Positions 23,013 through 33,938 of a stretch of 33,938 nt of DNA are shown in pieces. Source of the DNA: Octopus bimaculoides (Eukaryota); NCBI RefSeq assembly GCF_001194135.2, contig NC_069000.1:30586703-30620640 (forward strand), written 5' to 3'. Position 1 is the stretch's first letter. Every line of letters starts with the position of its first letter. A program made the position numbers and the translations under genes. The notes under the pieces were generated by a model that ran no database searches, was not told the origin of the DNA, and saw only the letters and a list, made by a program, of their open reading frames with translations.

Positions 23013-23227
23013 TGATTTCAAATTTTGACACAAGGGCATCAATTTCCGAGGACAGCTTAAGTCGATTACATCGATCCAATACTCAACTGGTATTTACTTT
23101 ATCGACCCCGAAACAATGAAAAACAAAGCCGACCTCGGTGGAACTTGAACCAAGAACGTAAAGGCGGACAAAATACCGCTAAGGACTTTGCTCGGCGAGC
23201 TAACGATTTTGCTAGCTCACCGCGTTT
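23013..23227 (-). mobile_element. SINE family B, full-length, minus strand
   Basis: Reverse complement reads gcggtgagctagcaaaatcgttagc...ggttcaagttccaccgaggtcggctttg...cggggtcgataaagtaaataccagttgagta. Confidence 0.85.
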
Positions 23228-23279
23228 GGCAACGTATTTATATAGTACTTATATAGAAACGATTAATATTGTAAATGGT

Positions 23280-23350
23280 TATCATCATCATCATCATCAT
23301 CATCACCACCATCATCATCATCATCATCCTCACCACCACCACCACCACCT
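23280..23350. repeat. (CAT)n/(CAC)n microsatellite
   Basis: Direct reading; explains the poly-H/poly-M ORFs. Confidence 0.95.
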
Positions 23351-24179
23351 CTACTAGTAATACAGGTGTTCGTGTAAAAACATGTGGAATCAAGTTTTGT
23401 TTGCACCTCCTCCACATCTTGATACATTTATGTGTGTGTATGTGGGCGTACGTAATTTTGTATACTTGCATTATGCATTATTTATTAGTATACTAAACAC
23501 AACTCAACGTGTGCTAATCAGAATACCTGGATACGTCAAAAGATTAACATTACATCGCAACAGCCGAGTGTTTAACACACAAGAGGTGAACTGGTGTCAC
23601 CGATTTACCTTCTTACATGCATGAATATCTGTTTGTGTATGTATGTGTGTAGGTACGTGTGTATGTATGTGTGTATGTATCCATCTATCCATCCATCCGT
23701 CTTTTCGTCCGTCCATCCGTCCGTTTGTCTATCTATCTATCTATCTATCTGTCTGTTTGTCAGTCAGTCTGTCTGTCTGTCTCTGCTTGTCAGTTATTCT
23801 TTTTTAGTGAGCGAAGAAGGCAGTTTTCACGACTCGTTGCAAGGCCTCAAATCCAGAGTCTGGCCAGAATGCTTGCATCAGAGTGGACATCACTAAAAGC
23901 ACCCAAGGGAACAGGCCGTTTAATCATCTCTATTTGTCGAACAGCTAAATTATTGGACAGACTATGACACAACATAGACAACAACCACAGATTTCAACCC
24001 GATGCCTGCATAAACATTGACACACACATTTACACCAGGGTGTTCTTTAGGCAGGTGAAGTAATGTGAATGAGAATTAGATGAGGTATAGATAGGCAGAG
24101 TAGTATCTTAACATAAACTTCTCAATCCAAACTCTTTTTATAAAATACCCAGTTTAGAATTTCTTAAAAAAGAAAGCTA

Positions 24180-24948
24180 CTAACCTGCGAGCGGAGGAAC
24201 TGATTCGTGCGGTAAACGAGTCACAATCCGTGAGTTTACTGCATAACTGGACAATGGTAACAGTTCAGTTTATACAGAAGATGATGGAAGACTTGGTGTT
24301 GGAAATGAATATCTCGGTAGTTGGTATACGAGAAAGGCAAAAGTCTGCTTTGATCTGCTGAAAGCGTTTTGAAGCCAATCATTTTCCCGATCTGCTGAAA
24401 GAGGATGAAACATGGTTGTATGTTTATGAACTGGAAACAAAGTCCCAGACCATAGAATGGGTCATATCTCTTCTCCAAAGCCCAAGAAGTTCATGAGTTA
24501 TCGAGCTGCACAAAAAGTCATCAAGATACTTAAAAAGCTTGGAGAAACCATTTGGAGAAAGAGACAAAAAGAGACCTGAAATCAATCCACATTCATCATG
24601 TCAATGAGTGACTGCACAAATATTTAGCAACAAATCAGGTTATCGGCAAACTGGGCTGGTCACTGGTCTCCCACCAACCATACAGCTTGGATCTTGTGTC
24701 ATCTGGCTTCCACTTGTTTGGCCAAAAAAAGGGGACAGTCTTTGGAGACAATGATCTGATAATGCAGACGAAATGAAAAGGAGTGTGAAAAGTATACATC
24801 AGCGCACATGTAAATTTATTCAAAGAAAAATTGTTCAAAGAATTTATTCAAAGAAAATTCAAAGTTGGCACAGATGGAAACGATGTTGAATGGTGCCTTT
24901 GCATAGAGGAAGAGTTACTCTGCCCACGCATAATTTGAACGACTTATA
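24180..24948 (+). mobile_element. Mariner (Tc1/mariner) transposase relic
   Basis: HTH-like KRVTIRE..; DETWLYVYELETKSQTIEW at 24404 (cf. DETWVHHYDPETKRQSMEW); SPKPKKF; IHHVN (cf. LHHDN); LGWSLVSHQPYSLDLVSSGFHLFG (cf. LGWE.L.HPPYSPDLAPSDFHLFG); multiple indels and stops. No TIR pair recovered. Confidence 0.9.
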
Positions 24949-24996
24949 TCAGATAATCATCAAGCTGTACTTCTGCATTACTTTTGAGACAACTTT

Positions 24997-25166
<170 letters not shown>

Positions 25167-25224
25167 CACACACATACACGCATACACACGCACACACGTA
25201 CGCACGTACGCACACTATTATTTG

Positions 25225-25420
25225 CAGTGCTCGAACAAAATGCTTAGCGGTGTTTCGTCCGTCTTTACGATCTGAGTTCAAATTCCGACGAGGTCGACTT
25301 TGCCTTTCATCCTTTCGGAGTCGATAAGGTAAGAACCAGTTGAGTACTGGAATCGATGTAATCAACTTACCCCCAACCCCAAAACCGCTTGCCTTATGCT
25401 AAAATTTGAAACCAATAATA
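25225..25420 (+). mobile_element. SINE family B, slightly 5'-truncated
   Basis: aaatgcttagcggtgtttcgtc...gagttcaaattccgacgaggtcgactttgcctttcatcctttcgg...aaaatttgaaaccaataat. Confidence 0.88.
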
Positions 25421-25432
25421 CGAACTGGTATA

Positions 25433-25590
25433 AAGCGACGAGATGCCAGAACCGTTAGCACGCCGAGATTAACGGTATTTCGTCATATTTACGATTCGAG
25501 TTCAAACTCCGTTGAGGTCGACTTTGCCTTTCATCATTTCAAGATCGATAAAATAAGATAAAATGAGTTGAACACTGGGGTCGACGTAGT
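25433..25590 (+). mobile_element. SINE family B, 3'-truncated, abutting the Helitron relic
   Basis: gcgacgagatgccagaaccgttagcacgcc...gagttcaaactccgttgaggtcgactttgcctttcatc. Confidence 0.82.
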
Positions 25591-25594
25591 GTGT

Positions 25595-28500
25595 CATTGT
25601 TAGTTTTTTGAAAATAGATTGGGCTGATTTTACTCTCAGAATTAAACTAGCAGCAATACAAGAAGGAAAAACAGCTACACCTATTTTCCCTTTTATCGTA
25701 ATTTGACAAATAACAGAGACTAATATTTTGCTAGTTCCTGTATGATGAACATCAAGAAAAATGTTCTTTTATGAAAAAAAAAAAAAAAGAACTTCTCTCA
25801 AGTACAACATTAAAGAATGACTTTCGTTCATGCATCTGTTTGAGTTCATACTTACATGTATTGACAAGTTTTCTCGGTCGTAGGAAGCTTTTTAGAGTTC
25901 TGTTATTAAACTTCCAAATTTAGAATGATTGTATGAGGGAGTCAATATTCAAGCAATTAATTTCCTCCTATGGAAACAACCTTGTATTCAATAGCAATAA
26001 ATGCTGCGTTGTAGATAAACTTACTGCATTTTTTTCCTGTTGGAGATTGCAATATTCTAAAGTTCAGGAACCAGATCGTTCTGTACTTAACCACATTGAT
26101 ACTGAGTTTTCTATATCACAGTTTGTAAGTATAACAGCAAACAGTATTTCAGGACACGGAGGCCTCAGGCTTAGCTGCCTTCCAAAAACTGCAAAAACCA
26201 TATTATTCTGTATTAATCTTTGTCTGAAAGATGTTTCTCTATAAGATGTGCAAACATTACTATCAACAATTCTAAGATCGAAAAAAAGATGTCGGACCAT
26301 GAAGATGTATTCACAAGTAAAAGCATTCTCGTTGAGTTGGATGTACGTTATAATAGTTATAATCGTTGTAAAACATTGCCAAATTGCATATCCGTATAAC
26401 CGTCATAAATTTCGATCTCAGTGCTTTTTTTTTCATGCGATTCCATTTTTATCATTGTTTCATGTAAAACAGTGCATTACTCAATGGTAGAACAGGTTTA
26501 AGTAAATGACTTCTGGCAAAGTATGAGAAATCCTGTTAGTGTAGTTTTCCTTGAAGCTACATATTACTGAGGGGTAGTTTCTGTAGTGAAATATATTATT
26601 TCTTATTCTACCAGATAACAGATAGTTGTTGACTTGGAGGAAATCGTCCTTGAATAAGGAAGCCAAACATTCTCGATAAAGCTTCATTGCTACTAATATA
26701 CATCTGGAATAGTGTAATTTCATTATGAAATGTTTGTTGCTTCAGAGTGAACTTTTCAACATCAGAACCCTTGTCGACATATTTACAAATATATTTGATT
26801 GTCTTTATGGAATTACAGAACTCTACACTTACGTTTTCATCGAATGTTTGAGTTAAAACAGCGAAATTAGTAGCTAAGCTGGCTACTTTTATCAAAACTT
26901 TTATCATATGATGTACTTTTTTAGAATGATGGATATCCCCGCGCAGCTGTGTTTCTTTAATGACAGTCATCGGATAATATTTTATAGACTTGTACACTTG
27001 TCATTCATATAAAACGTAGTGGTATGGAGGTAAATACAAGGATCATGAACCGTGTTTGATTCAACAGTTTCTTCTGATATTATCTAATTAGTCTAATTAC
27101 TGTGACTGTTGTGCAAAATGTCAGATTAGAAATTGCGCATGAGACTGGGCTCTTTTTGCTATTCACTTATATAATTGTGGCAATGTCGAAATATATGTGA
27201 CTTAGTTATAAGGTCTATCAAATTAAAAACATTCTGGATGAACATCTTTTGCAATTAGATTGTATCTGTCGATGTATAACTGTCCTGGAAAAAGCCCTGC
27301 TTGGATTTCATTCCACTTAGAATTGCAAGGAAAATGTTGAAAAAATCAAGATGTTCATAATTACATGCGTAGATAATGGTATCCTGCGTTCTCACATGCA
27401 TATATCTTGTGTTTTCTGTAAAACTGGATGAAAGTAATAAGAAGTTGTCCTAGCTCTGCTCCAACGATTTTTGTAATGCTCTCTCGTAAATGAATATAGG
27501 ATTCTGAATGCAGTCCTTTTTGTCACGTTGTCCTGTAGCACAATCTTCCCGACTTCATTTTAGCCGACATATCAACAACATACACGTGAAAAATATCTTG
27601 GCAATGAAAAAAAGATGTTAAAATGAGTTGGTTCAAATCGTCAGTCGACAGGCACAACACTCAATATAGGATACTGTAATCTGGAAGCAACTCCACCGAT
27701 TAATGGTATAGAATGTGGTGGTAGTCTTCATTGACAAAACCCTTCAAAAAGCATCACCCTTCCCCCCAGAAACAACAAAAAATCAAGGGATACTATAAAT
27801 CAACTTATGAAAGATGAGTTTTATTTATGAATTAGATGCTACTGTCACGACACTCGCTTTTATGATCTCCAACGATAATAATTACTACTTCATTACACTC
27901 ATAAAGATTAAAGGACGATCTTAGTTTTTGGCTGGTTTTATATCGGCATGGATGAAAATTGGGAGTTGTAGTACATTCTAAATCATGCCAAAACCGTATG
28001 GCATAAAGAATTGTTTTCATGAAACAGTTCTAACATTTAAAAAATAAGTTCTAATCTTGTGTTCTGATAGTTTTTGTTTCGATATTGTGATTCTTTTTGA
28101 ATGTCACCCAAAAATATATCTGGGAAAATTACAGCTCTTTATTTTGTAAATTCTTAGGAGAGCCTAAGATAATTTTCTTCATTTTAAAAGTTGCGATAAA
28201 CGCATTTTCCCTGATTTTTTTTTGCTCCAAGTGATGTCATTTGAAATGGCGCAAATCGCATGTTTTAACATTTCAAAGAAAGCGTTTTGATTCTGAAGTG
28301 GGGCTCCAAAGAACAATTCTACGTTTTGATGGCTCAATTATCGGAAAATAGACCTCATCATTATAACAAAACAATTTCTTGTCCTACTTTTAAGTAACAT
28401 TCTTGTCACACATTTTTGCATTTTGAGTCCATGAATACAAATTTTTTCAGACGCATAATAATGAGTAGAATCAACTTAAAAGCAGTCGTCTGCCGTTGAA

Positions 28501-28650
28501 TTCGTTCATACTTTTCAGCAATTTTTCTCTGCAAGACTGTTTTGTTCTTTTAAATCTTTGCGTTTTTTTTTTCAATCTCTTGTTCTTTCTTCTGTCTCAC
28601 GTTCTCCTTTTTTCCCATTCTTATTTCTCTAAAATTTATTTCTTGTGCTT
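25595..28650 (-). mobile_element. Helitron RepHel pseudogene (N-terminal region, Rep/HUH domain, start of PIF1-like helicase)
   Basis: Collinear motifs across shifting frames: FQMTSLGA (~28222-28246), QIYFLGD, NEVVIIIVG, YPLIF, VDM.AK, YIHLRE, SSFT..RYMH.R.QD, CNSKWNEI (~27304-27328), decayed HUH motif E*QK..HAQFLI (~27121-27160), VEFCNSIKTIKYICKYVDKGSD, YISSNEA, YRE..RLIQ, LFAVIL..C, degenerate Walker A FLDVHHTGT (~25730-25762), IGVAV..IAASLI. 5' boundary uncertain. Confidence 0.88.
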
Positions 28651-28969
28651 TTCTTATTTCCGTTCATACCCTTTAATCTTATTTTCCTATCTTTATATCA
28701 CTTCCATATTTTCTTTTCCTTCTAATACTCCCAAATTTAGAGATATAATTTAATTTTCTTTCCAGTATTTTCAATGAATTTAATAAAGTATTTTATCTTC
28801 AGTTTAAACTTTAGACGGCTTCTTCGCGAAGAGAACGGTGATTCGTAATGTCATCAGTCAGAGCGATAAGGCTCCAAGCAAACAATTACGATTTTATTCT
28901 TTAGGAAGTTGTCTGTTTAGTTTTGTGATACATAGTTGAATGGCTAATTTCAATTTATTTTATATGTAA

Positions 28970-29239
28970 TACTCTTTACTCTTTTACTCTTTTACTTGTT
29001 TCAGTCATTTGACTGTGGCCATGCTGGAACACCGCCTTTAGTCGAACAAATCGACCCTAGGACTTATTTTTTGTAAGCCTAGTACTTATTCTATCGGTCT
29101 CTTTTGCCGAAGCGCTAAGTTACGGGGACGTAAACACACCAGCATCGGTTGTCAAGCGATGTTGGTGGTGGTGGTGGGGAACAAACACAGACACACAAAC
29201 ATATACACATACATACATATATACGACGGGCTTCTTTCA
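28970..29239 (-). mobile_element. SINE family A, 5'-truncated
   Basis: Near-consensus 3' half plus internal microsatellite; similarity ends at gacgggcttctttca. Confidence 0.9.
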
Positions 29240-30194
29240 TTCAATGAGCTTAATACGCTACTTCACCTTCAATATTCAAAATTGGAAGGCAGGAATAGTT
29301 TTGTTGTTTTTGGATAATTTCGTCTTAAACGTTTTGTGGTTGTCATGTAAGTTCTGTGTATGTGTATGTGCGTGTGTGTGTGTGTTTGTGTGTGTGCGTG
29401 GTCGTGTGTGTGAGTGCGTATGTTGTGCTTTGTATGTGAGTATGTGTGTGTGTACATGTACGCGCGTGTGTGTAAGTAGAGAGGAGTGGAGAGAAAGAGA
29501 GAGAAAAAGAGAGAAAGTGAGTGTGAAAGACAGAAAGATAGAGAGAGAGGGATGGGGAGAAAAAGAAAAAGAGACAATGATTTAAGAGAGAATGAAGTAG
29601 AAAAGAAAAGTAGAATGAATTTGAATTAATCGTATATGTTGAATTGTTTATATCTGCTTGTGGGTATGTTACTATCACAGAGTTGTGTGTGTGTATACAC
29701 ACACGCGCGCGCATATGGGATCTTTTTCCGCCGCTTTTCAATTTCTTAAGGTTTGTTCCAATTGATTTCATATTTGGTATGCTGATGTAGTTTTGTATGG
29801 TAATTATTGACACGAAATTCATTTTCATTATAAATCAACAAATAAAGAGTTAATAGCCTGTAATATTTCCAAAGTTTGGGTAATTTCAGCCAATCAAAAA
29901 CCAAAGACATGTATGTACCTGTTTCCATTGTAACAAGTCAAGCTGTTACCGAGCTGCTTAGCACGAGTTCTTTTTGTCGCTTATTAAACGCTTAAAGAAT
30001 AAGAGGTATGAGATGGTCGTGAGATGTGTTAGAAATAACAGCTAGATAAGCATTAAATCACGCGCAAAAATTTTTGTTTTGGTTTTTGCATAATCGTAAG
30101 AATAAGTCGTAAGAATTTTCTAAAAATTCCGAAAAATAAAAATGTCATGAGAAGTTATATGGTGTGCATAAAGCAAAATCCCGCCAATATCTCA

Positions 30195-30738
30195 TTTACT
30201 CATTTATTCTTTTACTTGTTTCAGTCATTTGACTGCGGCCATGCTGGAGCACCACTTTTAGTCGAGCAAATCGACCCCAGGACTTATTCTTTCGAAGCCT
30301 AGTACTTATTCTATCGGTCTCTTTTGCCGAAGCGTTAAGTTACGGGGACGTAAACACACCAGCATCGGTTGTCAAGNNNNNNNNNNNNNNNNNNNNNNNN
30401 NNNNNNNNNNNNNNNNNNNNNNNNNNNNNNNNNNNNNNNNNNNNNNNNNNNNNNNNNNNNNNNNNNNNNNNNNNNNNNNNNNNNNNNNNNNNNNNNNNNN
30501 NNNNNNNNNNNNNNNNNNNNNNNNNNNNNNNNNNNNNNNNNNNNNNNNNNNNNNNNNNNNNNNNNNNNNNNNNNNNNNNNNNNNNNNNNNNNNNNNNNNN
30601 NNNNNNNNNNNNNNNNNNNNNNNNNNNNNNNNNNNNNNNNNNNNNNNNNNNNNNNNNNNNNNNGCCACACAGTGGGACTGAACCCGGAACCATGTGGTTG
30701 GTAAGCAAGCTACTTACCACGAGCCACTCCTACGCCTA
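30195..30738 (-). mobile_element. SINE family A, full-length, spanning gap 30377-30663
   Basis: 3' half 30195-30376; head gtgggactgaacccggaaccatgtggttggtaagcaagctacttaccac..gccactcctacgcc 30664-30738. Confidence 0.9.
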
Positions 30739-30889
30739 TAGTTTGATATTAAAATACGTGTTATTGTAGCAATGCACTCACGCACAAACTGGCAATTTCC
30801 AAATTCTGTTTTCTGACTGGGCAAAATGATTAAACTTTAAACCTCTGTAACATTAAAAAAAAAAAAAAATTCTGGAACAAATGAATTGA

Positions 30890-31173
30890 CACTCCCGTCG
30901 AAGACGACGCATGAGTGTTTAGCTTTTGCCGAACGACCTGCACAAATGATTTGTTTATAGCGATCAAACGTTTGTGCCGCACATTAGCTCACTCTCTACA
31001 TCAAATCAACATTGCCTGAAAAGGTCCACGGTGTACAAAACGTCAGGTGTCGTAGTGATCACAGAGAACCGTGAGATGAAGTGTTTTGCTCAAGAATACA
31101 ACGCACTACCCAGTCTAGGAATTTAAACTACGATTTAGCAATTGTGAGTGCAGTATCCTAACCACTAAGCCAT
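30890..31173 (-). mobile_element. tRNA-derived SINE, family D
   Basis: Minus strand starts ATGGCTTAGTGGTTAG (A box), then tcgtagtttaaattcc (decayed B box) and gcgttgtattcttgagcaaaacacttc. 3' boundary approximate. Confidence 0.7.
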
Positions 31174-31292
31174 AGCAGAAGCAACAGAGTGACTCGAGGA
31201 CCGAGAATTTCGTGCGTTGGCACTTATCCAGAGTTTGATAAGTGCCAATGCACGAAATTCTTGGCCCTTGAATCACTCTGTTGCTTCTGCTA
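31173..31292. repeat. 120-bp near-perfect palindrome (56-bp arms, 8-nt loop), TA-flanked; MITE-like or hairpin RNA
   Basis: 31173-31228 vs reverse complement of 31237-31292: 51/56 identical, all five differences are transitions; loop cagagttt. Confidence 0.9.
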
Positions 31293-31699
31293 AATATTAA
31301 TGAAAATATACATATAATCATATTTTGAGTTCTATTTTTCCTGTTTGCATCATACATACATACATACATACATACATACATGATGGTTGTCTACTCCTCA
31401 TGCAGATCTGACTATCTCTTGTACTTTCACCTTAGATCCATCATGGCATCTGAGGTGGATTTGTAAACCAGACATTGTATTGAAAAGACACCCACAGAGA
31501 TTGCATATCTGATTTGGACCACCAAGAGCTGCAGCTAAGTTCTAATCTTTGTGGATCTTAAAGTGTCTTTTGAGGCCTTCCGCTAGACTTCCAGACATTA
31601 TGGCTCGCGCGCACACGCACACACACGCACGCACACACACACACCCACACATACACACACATATTTTTGAATTGTATTATTTAGTGTGTGTGGTGTGTA

Positions 31700-31905
31700 A
31701 GGGGGTGAACTGGCAGAATCGCTAGCATGCCAAGTAAAATGCTTGGCGGCATTTCGTTTCTCTTAGTTCCCGATTTATATTCTGCCGAGGTCGACTTTGC
31801 CTTTTATCCTTTCGAAACTGATAAAATGAGTACCAGTTGAACACTGGGATCGATGTAATCGACTTACCCGAAATTTCAGACCTGTTACCTATAATAGAAA
31901 GGATT
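31700..31905 (+). mobile_element. SINE family B, diverged full-length copy
   Basis: ggtgaactggcagaatcgctagc...gccgaggtcgactttgccttttatcc...gagtaccagttgaacactggg. Confidence 0.83.
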
Positions 31906-31910
31906 AATAT

Positions 31911-32080
31911 GTTCTAAGTTCAAATTCCGCCGATATCAACCTTGTTTTCCTCATTTCGGGGTCGATAAAATAAGTACCAGTTGAGCACTAGGCTTGAAGT
32001 AATTGACTGTCCATCCCATCAAAAAATGGTAAGAAAAAAAAAAAAAAATTCTGGCTTTGTGCTTATAGCAGAAAAGATTT
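31911..32080 (+). mobile_element. SINE family B, 5'-truncated copy in tandem
   Basis: gttctaagttcaaattccgccga...cggggtcgataaaataagtaccagttgagcact...ctggctttgtgcttatag. Confidence 0.8.
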
Positions 32081-32662
32081 CTAGCAGGTAAGATCGACCA
32101 CGGAGAAGCTCCAAATTTATAGCTGATGATAGTTTCCGATAATATTTGAGAACTATCAGGTCTGAAACTTTAACATCATTATTGCAACACATTTGAAATA
32201 TACACACAGAGACTCTCACGCCCACATACACACAGGCACATATACACAGGTATACACACAGGCACATATACACAGGTATACGCACACATACATTGATGCA
32301 CGCACATGCACATCTATATCTGTACCTATATCCAGCTATCATTGTAGCTTTCTTTTCATCTATCTTTCACCTTCTCTCTCTCTCCCTCTCTCTTTCTCTC
32401 TCTGTCTGTTTACCTTTTTCTGTCTATTCACACACACTTAAACATACACAGGCGCAAACAAACGCGTGTGAGTTAGTACATAACTAGGAGCAGTTCTAAG
32501 ATTAACAGAACAAGTATTAGTTAATAGCAGCATAAAAGCAGTGGTGATGGTGGTAGTAGGAGTGGCTGTGATGGAAGCAATACGACAGGGTACTTCTGGT
32601 GGAAACAGTGGTAGTTGCACTAGCGTTAATAGTAATAGCGAAAGTGTAGATGTTGTGCTTGC

Positions 32663-32697
<35 letters not shown>

Positions 32698-32970
32698 GTT
32701 GTAGTAGTAGTGGTAATAACATACGCTGTTAATGTCCGTCTGTGTAAAAGATCGTAAGTTAGACCGACATGAGCACGTTCCCAGTCAATTAGGTACACTT
32801 GAAAAACTAACAAACACAGCCTTCTCACACTACCCACAACATTTCCTGGCTATGGGTTCACCGCACAGCAACCACCATTGTCTTTTCAGAGACGTTGTCT
32901 TTGTCAATATATTTCACAATAACCTTGATTGTCGCAGAAAAAGGTTACTACCTGAGAATTTAGTCATACA

Positions 32971-33028
<58 letters not shown>

Positions 33029-33366
33029 TATATATATATATATATATATATNNNNNNNNNNNNNNNNNNNNNNNNNNNNNNNNNNNNNNNNNNNNNNNNN
33101 NNNNNNNNNNNNNNNNNNNNNNNNNNNNNNNNNNNNNNNNNNNNNNNNNNNNNNNNNNNNNNNNNNNNNNNNNNNNNNNNNNNNNNNNNNNNNNNNNNNN
33201 NNNNNNNNNNNNNNNNNNNNNNNNNNNNNNNNNNNNNNNNNNNNNNNNNNNNNNNNNNNNNNNNNNNNNNNNNNNNNNNNNNNNNNNNNNNNNNNNNNNN
33301 NNNNNNNNNNNNNNNNNNNNNNNNNNNNNNNNNNNNNNNNNNNNNNNNNNNTATATATATATATAT

Positions 33367-33432
<66 letters not shown>

Positions 33433-33725
33433 ATGTATAAAAAGGATTAGGATTCAAGTGAATCAGGCACTTAAATAGTAAGGCACCGGGTCGGGTCAAA
33501 ATTAAAATGCGTACACAACAAACATAGACAAATACATATACAGGTACCGAAGAACAAGCAGAAAGATATTCAGCTTATGTATACGATTAATTGAACCCGA
33601 CTGAGTATATCACTAGCCCTTGGGCTAATCAAGAAACACACATTGTTTTAAATATACGGTCCATAATATACTTCGGATCACTCGCGGCGCAGGTTCTGAG
33701 GGAGGTGAATTAGGAATAAATTCAT

Positions 33726-33917
33726 TAATAACAGATGGATAATGTGTCAATTCAACAAGACTTGTAGAATTGTTGACTTTTGGATGTTCCTAAACGTTGT
33801 GGTTCCTGTATTTTCCTGATGAAAACGGTTTTTTCTAATGATGTAATATCTCCATTAATCAACTGAAAATTCGTTGAAACAGCTGCAGTGAATTGACACA
33901 TCATCCAACTGTTGTTA
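33726..33917. mobile_element. Putative ~190-bp MITE with 29-bp imperfect TIRs
   Basis: taataacagatggataatgtgtcaattca (33726-33754) vs tgaattgacacatcatccaactgttgtta (33889-33917): 26/29 complementary. Confidence 0.55.
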
Positions 33918-33938
33918 TATATATATATATATATATAT

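Noticed and set aside
23800-23990. Segment with tttgtcgaacagctaa resembling SINE A
   Set aside because: Similarity is limited to about 20 bp; family and boundaries cannot be assigned.
29720-29960. ccaattgatttcatatttggtatg, reminiscent of non-autonomous Helitron/Helentron-type elements
   Set aside because: A single short motif; no subterminal inverted repeats or terminal hairpin found.
33815-33890. CTGATGA and GAAACAGCTG, hammerhead-like pieces
   Set aside because: Spacing and pairing do not give stems I-III; the region is better explained by the TIR element.

Overview
AT-rich, repeat-saturated eukaryotic DNA from a gapped draft assembly (10 N-runs, most starting or ending in microsatellites). 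The SINE families look like octopod repeats, so I infer Octopus; this is recognition, not a database hit. I find no intact host gene, no rRNA/tRNA gene and no CRISPR array, and most long entries in the ORF track are microsatellite or N artefacts. Decayed transposons I could identify from protein motifs: an internally deleted Ty3/Gypsy element (~7.55-9.88 kb, -), two divergent 5'-truncated R4/Dong-type LINEs joined head-to-tail through one (TAA)n array (20.4-22.1 kb, -), a mariner transposase relic (24.2-24.9 kb, +) and a ~3 kb Helitron Rep-helicase relic (25.6-28.6 kb, -). There are also about 20 full or partial copies of at least three SINE families. The best unexplained structures are a 120-nt near-perfect TA-flanked hairpin (31173-31292), a modular foldback with identical 124-bp arms (9979-10604), degenerate hammerhead-like Penelope-type motifs (6391-6418, 11305-11334) and a small TIR element at the window end. 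I see no convincing new multi-gene system.
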